Positions 57,175 through 64,000 of a stretch of 64,000 nt of DNA are shown in pieces. How positions within the stretch are numbered: the stretch's first letter is position 1; the number at the start of each line of letters is the position of its first letter. Under the pieces are notes generated by a model. The model had not been told where the DNA came from, did not search any database, and saw only the letters and a list, made by a program, of their open reading frames with translations. The stretch spans positions 8,800,001 through 8,864,000 of the forward strand of contig CP086569.2 in assembly GCA_009914755.4 (NCBI GenBank), given 5' to 3'. This stretch comes from the human T2T-CHM13v2.0 reference genome, Homo sapiens. A program made the position numbers and the translations under genes.

Positions 57175-57470
57175 CAGCCCAGACGTGGTGGCTCATGGCT
57201 GTAATTTCCACACTTTGGGAGGCCGAGGTGGGCTGGTCATTTGTGGTCAGGAGTTCAAGACTAGCCTGGGCAACATGGCAAACATGTCTCTATGAAAAAT
57301 GCAAAAATTAGCCAGGCCTGGTGGCACTTTCCTGTAGTCCCAGCTACTCAGGAGGCTGAGACAGGAGAACCGCCTGAACCTGGGAGACAGAAGTTGCAGT
57401 AAGCCCAGATCGCAACACTGCACTCCAGCCTGCATGACAGAGTGAGAACCTGTCTCATAAAATAAAATAA
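57175..57470 (+). mobile_element. Alu SINE
   Basis: ccagcccagacgtggtggctcatggctgtaatttccacactttgggaggccgaggtgggctggtcatttgtggtcaggagttcaagactagcctgggcaacatggc...cactgcactccagcctgcatgacagagtgagaacctgtctcataaaataaaataagg. ORF 57247..57522(-) is Alu-derived. Confidence 0.92.
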
Positions 57471-57501
57471 GGCAACAGAACTTAGGTAAAAATATTGGAG
57501 T

Positions 57502-57819
57502 CAGCTGGGCACAGTGGCTCATGCCTGTATTCCCAGCACATTGTGAGGCCTAGGTGGTCAGATCAACAGAGGTCAGGATTTTGAGACCAGCCTGGCCAAC
57601 ACGGTGAAACCCCATTTCTACTAAAAATATATAAAATTAGCTGGGCATGGTGATGCATGCCTGTAATCCAAGCTACTCAGGTGATTGAGGTAAGATTGTT
57701 GTTTGAACCCAGGAGGCTGAGGTTTCAGTAAGACAAGATTGTGCCACTTCACTGCAGCCTGTGCTACAGAGCGACAGTACCCTATGAGAAACAAAGGTGA
57801 AAAGAACAAAAAAAAAAAT
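57502..57819 (+). mobile_element. Alu SINE with poly(A)
   Basis: gtcagctgggcacagtggctcatgcctgtattcccagcacattgtgaggcctaggtggtcagatcaacagaggtcaggattttgagaccagcctggccaacacggtgaaacccc...cactgcagcctgtgctacagagcgacagtaccctatgagaaacaaaggtgaaaagaacaaaaaaaaaaa. Confidence 0.92.
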
Positions 57820-57922
57820 TAGAAAAATAATACCCACTACTAAAATTTGCCACAGAAATGATAAAAACTTCACCAACTTCCACATTCTATATTGGAAGCT
57901 CAGGTTATTTGGACCAATCCTC

Positions 57923-58272
57923 CTGTATTAGTTCATTTTCACGCTGTTCATAAAGACATATCTGAAACTGGGAAGGAAATGAGGTTTAATTGGACTTACA
58001 GTTCCACGTGGCTAGGGAGACTTCAGAATCATGGCATAGGAATAAAGGCACTTCTTGCATGGCGGTGGCAAGAGGGAATGAGGAAAAAGCAAAAGCAGAA
58101 ACCCCTGCTAAACCCATCGATCTTGTGAGTCTTATTCACTATCACAAGAATAGCTTGAGAGACCAGCCCCTATGATTCAGTCACCTCTCCTTGGGTTCCA
58201 TCCTCAAAACATGAGAATACTGGGACATACAATTGAAGTTGTGATTTGAAGGGAGGCACATGAAACTATATC
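57923..58272 (-). mobile_element. ERVL-MaLR solo LTR (THE1/MST family), reverse complement
   Basis: tgtattagttcattttcacgctgttcataaagacatatctgaaactgggaaggaaatgaggtttaattggacttacagttccacgtggctagggagacttcagaatcatggcataggaataaaggcacttcttgcatggcggtggcaagag...cactatcacaagaatagcttgagagaccagcccctatgattcag...catgagaatactgggacatacaattgaagttgtgatttgaagggaggcacatgaaactatatca is the reverse complement of the THE1/MST consensus TGATATGGTTTGGCTGTGTCCCCACC......CAGTGTGAGAACGGACTAATACA. Confidence 0.8.
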
Positions 58273-60038
58273 ACCTCCCAAACAATTAAAAATTCTGAAT
58301 GGAAAGAACATTCATCATGTCAAAAACTGTCAGGCCAGGAAGGAACTCTCAGCCTCATATCTCAAGAAAGACTGTAGTCAAGGCCCAGGGCCTACTTATG
58401 AAAAGAGTTTAATAGCCAACTCTCTCCAAATGGATCTGGAATTCCATAGGACTGTATCTTCATGGTAAGTGTGAAACAGAAGTAAACCCATTCCTATTTC
58501 CAAGCTCAAAGAACTTTGGCCAAAGTTATCTTGGAGATGAGTAGAATAAGGAGGAAAACAGAAAAAAAATTGTGTGCCTGAGAAGTCATGGCCACAGGCT
58601 GGCCATCACACAGATTGTCAAGCCAGTTCCATATTGCTTGGGTATTGCAGAAAAACTCAAAACATCAATTTGTGTGTGAGCTATCCCAAAGTAGCAGGAT
58701 CTGGCAATAGTAAATTTCATCCTAACCCTCAAGGAATCCACTTTTGGGATTTTACCATTTATTTCATGAATGATAATGGACTTTTTAAAAAATATCTTTT
58801 TGTATACTCAGTTTATGTGACATTGGTGTCAAAGTTCTGCTTGCCTCACAGAATAAGTTTAGGATTTTCCCTTTTTTATTTTATAGAGTTCTTCACATAT
58901 ATTGAAATGCTCTGTCTGGGAAAATAAATATGGGCCTAGTGTTTTATCTGTAGGAACAATCCTTTATTTCCCTTAACATTTATGAGACTATTCAGATTAC
59001 ACACTTATTCTTTTATCAATTTTTCTTAGCTATATATTTATAAAAGTCTATTTGATCTAAGTTTTCAACTTTGTAGCATAAAGTGTTAATCATATTTGCT
59101 TATTAGCTTGTTAACCTGTACTGTATCTATTGTTATGTATCTTTTTAATTCTTAGTTTTATTTGTGCTTTCTCCCTTTTTTTCTTAACTTGCCTGAGGTT
59201 TGCACCTTTTATTATGTTTCTCCAACAATCAAACCTTATCTTTGTATGATTTATTAATTTTCTGTACATCATTATCCCCTCATTTTAGTTTTTCAGAATT
59301 GATTCTGTTGTTTCTTTTCTAATTCTTTATTTAAATACATAGTACATTAATTTTGAGGTTGTTGTAAAAACACTTAAGTGTATAAACTCCTATTGCAATA
59401 TCACTTTTCCTGCTACTCGCAAATTTGATCTGTAATATTTTCAATATCATTAAGTTCTAAGTACTTTTAAATTTCTATTGTGTAATGAATTGCTGAGAAA
59501 TATTTGTCATTAATTTTGTTGTTCCATTTCAACTTAATTTTATTTTAATTTGTGTTAACTCAATCAAAAATTCTTTACTAATTTTAAAATCTCATATCAA
59601 GACTTTTATTCACATCATTTGTTCTATAAATGCTCTCACCTTGAAGAACATTCTCTTGTTGGCTGCTTCCTTGCAACAGTCTTGACTGGTTGCCTTCTAG
59701 GCGTGATTCAATTTTCTCATCCTAGGATTTTCCTTCACCACACTTTAAAGAATTTATCTCTCTTGTGTTATGTCTCCTATTTTTGCCATTCCACATCTTT
59801 GTCTTTCTTGGTTTACTTTTTCCTTTTGGTAGGAAAAATTCTCTAGTAGCATCTTGAGAAAAGGTTCACAGGGAGACACAATTTTAGAGATGTCATATGT
59901 CTGAAAAATGTATGTTTTCTACTTGGACATTTAATTGTAGTCTATGTGGAAATAGAAACATATGTCAGAAATCATTTTCCTTTAGAATTTTCAAAGCATA
60001 ACTCCATTGCCTTCTGGTTTACAGTGATGGTGTTGAAT

Positions 60039-60543
<505 letters not shown>

Positions 60544-61028
60544 TGAGACTTTTTATTGAATTATTTTGCCAACAATTTATTCCCCTTTGTTTCACTTATT
60601 TCTTTTCTTTCTATAACACATACAATTTAAGTATTGGAAGAAATTATCTTGGAGAAGAAAATAGCACCATACTGATTCTGTTTGTGTCAAACTATCACAG
60701 TTCAAGATTTTCATATTTTATTATGGAGAAATGTTGTATTTCTTAGTATTCACATTGTTACAAGAAGAAGGGCAATGACTGGTCAGAAATTGAAATGTAT
60801 GAGTAACAGTTAGAAGATGAAAGCACTGTATCCTCAGAAATTTAGTATATGAAAACCTTTAAATTCCAGGCAAGTTGACTTAAGCTTCAACAGTCTCCCA
60901 GCTGAAATGATCTATTTGTGCTAAGTTCTGGGATCAAAGGTGAATAAGACCTTGTTTCTGCCTTCAGTGATAGCTCAGTCCAAAGGGAGACAAATAAAAA
61001 TGATGTACGAAGAGAGATATGTATGACA

Positions 61029-61314
<286 letters not shown>

Positions 61315-61793
61315 GGAGGGTTATGTAAAGTGCCATAAAAACTGAGAAAAGGGACAGAATATCTGTGACAGGTAACTTGTTTTGGGCAGTTGAAAATGAG
61401 GAGATCTCAGGGTATCCTTTCTTTGTGTCACATTTGACTAAAGGCAGAAACAAATGAATCTTAATATGTATGGGGTCATAGACACTTATTAAGGATGTAA
61501 TGAAATTTATGATGATTCTTTCAGTAAAAATTTATATAACAAAACTACACATATATTTTACTTACTAACACAGAATGTGCATTATCAAGAGCTCTGGATA
61601 GAGGAGAATGAGTAGGAATGTTTTAGGCAAACAAAAAGGGAAGGGGAGGCCAAACAGAAGAAACAGCAAGTGCACGAATGTGGAGACACAAAAGTTTGTG
61701 CATTATTGGAATCAGCTTGACTAAAACATAATTCAGGGTGCCTGAAGCATAAGCTGGAAGATTAACCAGACATGGTGTAAGATGAAAATAGAA

Positions 61794-62086
<293 letters not shown>

Positions 62087-62748
62087 TAGAAAAAGAAAAT
62101 AGAAGATAAGAAGATAGCCTGGGATAAAGCATGAAGTATCACAAATGTCAGTCATGCACTTTGTTTACTCAGAGACAAGACCATGATTGATTAAAATTAT
62201 GCATTTTATGTCCACCCTCTTCTAACTGTTAACAAATACAAGTGGAACAGTTAGCACCCAATGGAATATTATAAAACATTCTGACTGTAAGGTTTCACTA
62301 GCATTCACTGTAGATGTTGAGTGTGGAGTGCTCAAACCTCAAGCTTACAGCTTCGTAAAAGAAAAATCAATGTTAGAAGGGAAGAAAAAGCTCCTCAACA
62401 ACTACATGAACTGTTTGATTCCTTAATAGCTTACAACAGAATGGCAGTCTTCAATGAGTAGAAATGTTTCTCAATCATAGAAAAAATTTAGATTTACTTG
62501 GGGAGTTTACAAAAAGCATACCACATCTGAGATCTATCCCAGACCAATTAAATCAGAATGTATGGTGATCAATGGATCCTGGACAACTGAACTTTTGAAA
62601 GCTTTAGATAACAGATAACATTAATATGCATTCAAAATTGAGAATTACTGGGTTAAGAACGATAATCCATGAAAGTAAGTTTCTATCTACTCATCTGCCC
62701 TTAATTATATTGCATTGTTCTCATGCAGCATGATACAAGTAAAAATTA

Positions 62749-63028
62749 ATTTGTTTTGTTGAAATGGAGTCTAGCTCTGTCACCAAGGCTAGAGTGCATT
62801 GGCATGGTCTCTGCTCACTGAAACCTCTGTCTACCAGGTTCAAGAAATTCTCCTGCCTCAGCCTCCCATATAGCCCAGATTACAGACACCCACTACCCTG
62901 CCTAGCTAATTTTTATATTTTCAGTAGAGACAGGGTTTCACTGCATTGACCAGGCTGGTCTGGAACTCCAGACTTCATGATCCACCCATGTTGGCTGGGG
63001 TTACAAATGTAAGCTACCGCGCCCAGCC
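62749..63028 (-). mobile_element. Alu SINE
   Basis: ttgttttgttgaaatggagtctagctctgtcaccaaggctagagtgcattggcatggtctctgctcactgaaacctctgtctaccaggttcaagaaattctcctgcctcagcctcccatatagcccagattacagac...ggttacaaatgtaagctaccgcgcccagcc. ORF 62764..62949(+) is Alu-derived. Confidence 0.9.
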
Positions 63029-63060
63029 AAAATTAATATTTTAAAATATTTAGAAATATG

Positions 63061-63362
63061 TGTGGTAGTGTGCAGTGGCTCATGCCTGTAATCTCATCAC
63101 TTTTCCAGGCTGAGGTGGGTGGATCATTTGAACTGAGGCATTCCAGACCAGTTTGAAACTATGGTGAAACCCTGTCTCTACAAAAAAATACAAACAATTA
63201 TCCAGGCCTGGTGGTGTGTGCCTGTGGTCCCAGTTATTCTGGAAGCTAAGGCTAGAGAATTGCTGAGGAGGATCACTTGAGCTCAGGAGGCTGAGGCTCC
63301 AGTGCGCAGAGATTGAGCTGCTGCCAACCAGTCCAGTCTGGGAAACAAAGGGAGGCTCTGTC
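63061..63362 (+). mobile_element. Alu SINE, head-to-head with the preceding Alu (32-bp spacer)
   Basis: gtggtagtgtgcagtggctcatgcctgtaatctcatcacttttccaggctgaggtgggtggatcatttgaactgaggcattccagaccagtttgaaactatggtgaaaccctgtctctacaaaaaaatacaaacaattatccaggcctggtggtgtgtgcc...ccagtctgggaaacaaagggaggctctgtc. Confidence 0.9.
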
Positions 63363-63393
<31 letters not shown>

Positions 63394-63515
63394 TATATAT
63401 GACATATATACATATATATGACATATATGTGTGTGTATATATGACATATATATGTATATATCTGTGTGTGTATAAAAATACACACATACATACACATACA
63501 TACGTGTTTGGCCAC
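63362..63515. repeat. Compound (TA)n/(CA)n/(ATATACAT)n microsatellite grown from the Alu tail
   Basis: atatatatatatatatatacacacacacatatatatgacatatatacatatatatgacatatatgtgtgtgtatatatgacatatatatgtatatatctgtgtgtgtataaaaatacacacatacatacacatacatacgtg. ORFs 63080..63487(-) and 63273..63515(-) are artefacts. Confidence 0.95.
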
Positions 63516-63839
63516 TTATTTCATCTGCAATGAAAGTCTAAGCAGCATGATTCAGGGTCAATATCAGGACCTGCAGGGAGCCAGCCTATGCTAGAAATAT
63601 TCAGAGTGAGTTTTTTCACATTTTACAGTCTGATCTGCTGAGTGTACTGCCTGAGGCTATTGTTCTTTTCATATCTTGCGCATCTTTCTGCAGAAAAGGC
63701 CACATGCATCAACAGTATTTTTGCTAAGGGTCTTCTAATTAATTGGATGGCCTTTCTGTTGAAAAATTTCTAAGGAGAAGATTTTTCCTCTTTTGGCTCA
63801 GGAAACTGCAGGCATCAGTTTCACAACAATACTTAACAT

Positions 63840-64000
63840 TAGCATCAGCAAACAAGTCATATGGAACAACTTCCATATGGAAGTTGTTTAGGGCTTCCTG
63901 CAGAACCACACAGCCTCAGAAGCTGCCAGGCGGTGTGTTTCCATGGGAGTCATATGGAACAAGAAGTCCATGTGTTTCCATGGGAGTCATATGGAACAAA
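63840..64000. repeat. Short tandem duplication (~40-bp unit gtgtttccatgggagtcatatggaacaa) next to a near-perfect palindrome (tcatatggaacaacttccatatggaagttgtt)
   Basis: ...gtcatatggaacaacttccatatggaagttgtttagggc...gtgtttccatgggagtcatatggaacaagaagtccatgtgtttccatgggagtcatatggaacaaa. The window ends inside the repeat. Confidence 0.7.

Overview
This window reads as primate (human-type) nuclear DNA, and I find no bacterial or phage gene system in it. The evidence is about two dozen Alu SINEs, several LINE-1 fragments of different ages and three endogenous-retrovirus remnants. It is AT-rich, repeat-dense and apparently gene-poor. I see no convincing cellular protein-coding exon. Nearly all ORFs in the supplied track are retroelement-derived (L1 ORF1/ORF2, retroviral gag/pro/pol/env), Alu- or microsatellite-derived, or short noise. 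The main structures are these. (1) A twin-primed (5'-inverted) young L1PA insertion at 495-2912. (2) A degraded ~8.7 kb betaretrovirus-like (class II, HERV-K-type, dUTPase-containing) provirus on the minus strand at 14002-22664, flanked by a 6-bp AAGTTC target-site duplication and nested inside an older plus-strand ERV-L (class III) element; its ~490-bp LTRs are only ~75-85% identical. (3) A second, unrelated class II provirus on the plus strand at 44205-51250 with different ~520-bp LTRs and large internal deletions. (4) A ~1.1 kb block, ~85-90% identical between the two proviruses but sitting at non-homologous positions in each. (5) A 2.5 kb highly degenerate interstitial (CCCTAA)n telomere-like array at 33640-36175. 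(6) A ~600 bp minisatellite abutting a ~400 bp CpG-dense island at 41325-41730. (7) Two closely spaced head-to-head inverted Alu pairs (spacers ~32 bp and ~111 bp) and several long AT/TG/CT microsatellites. All coordinates are approximate, ±10 bp for repeat edges. Family assignments come from reading motifs, not from a database search.
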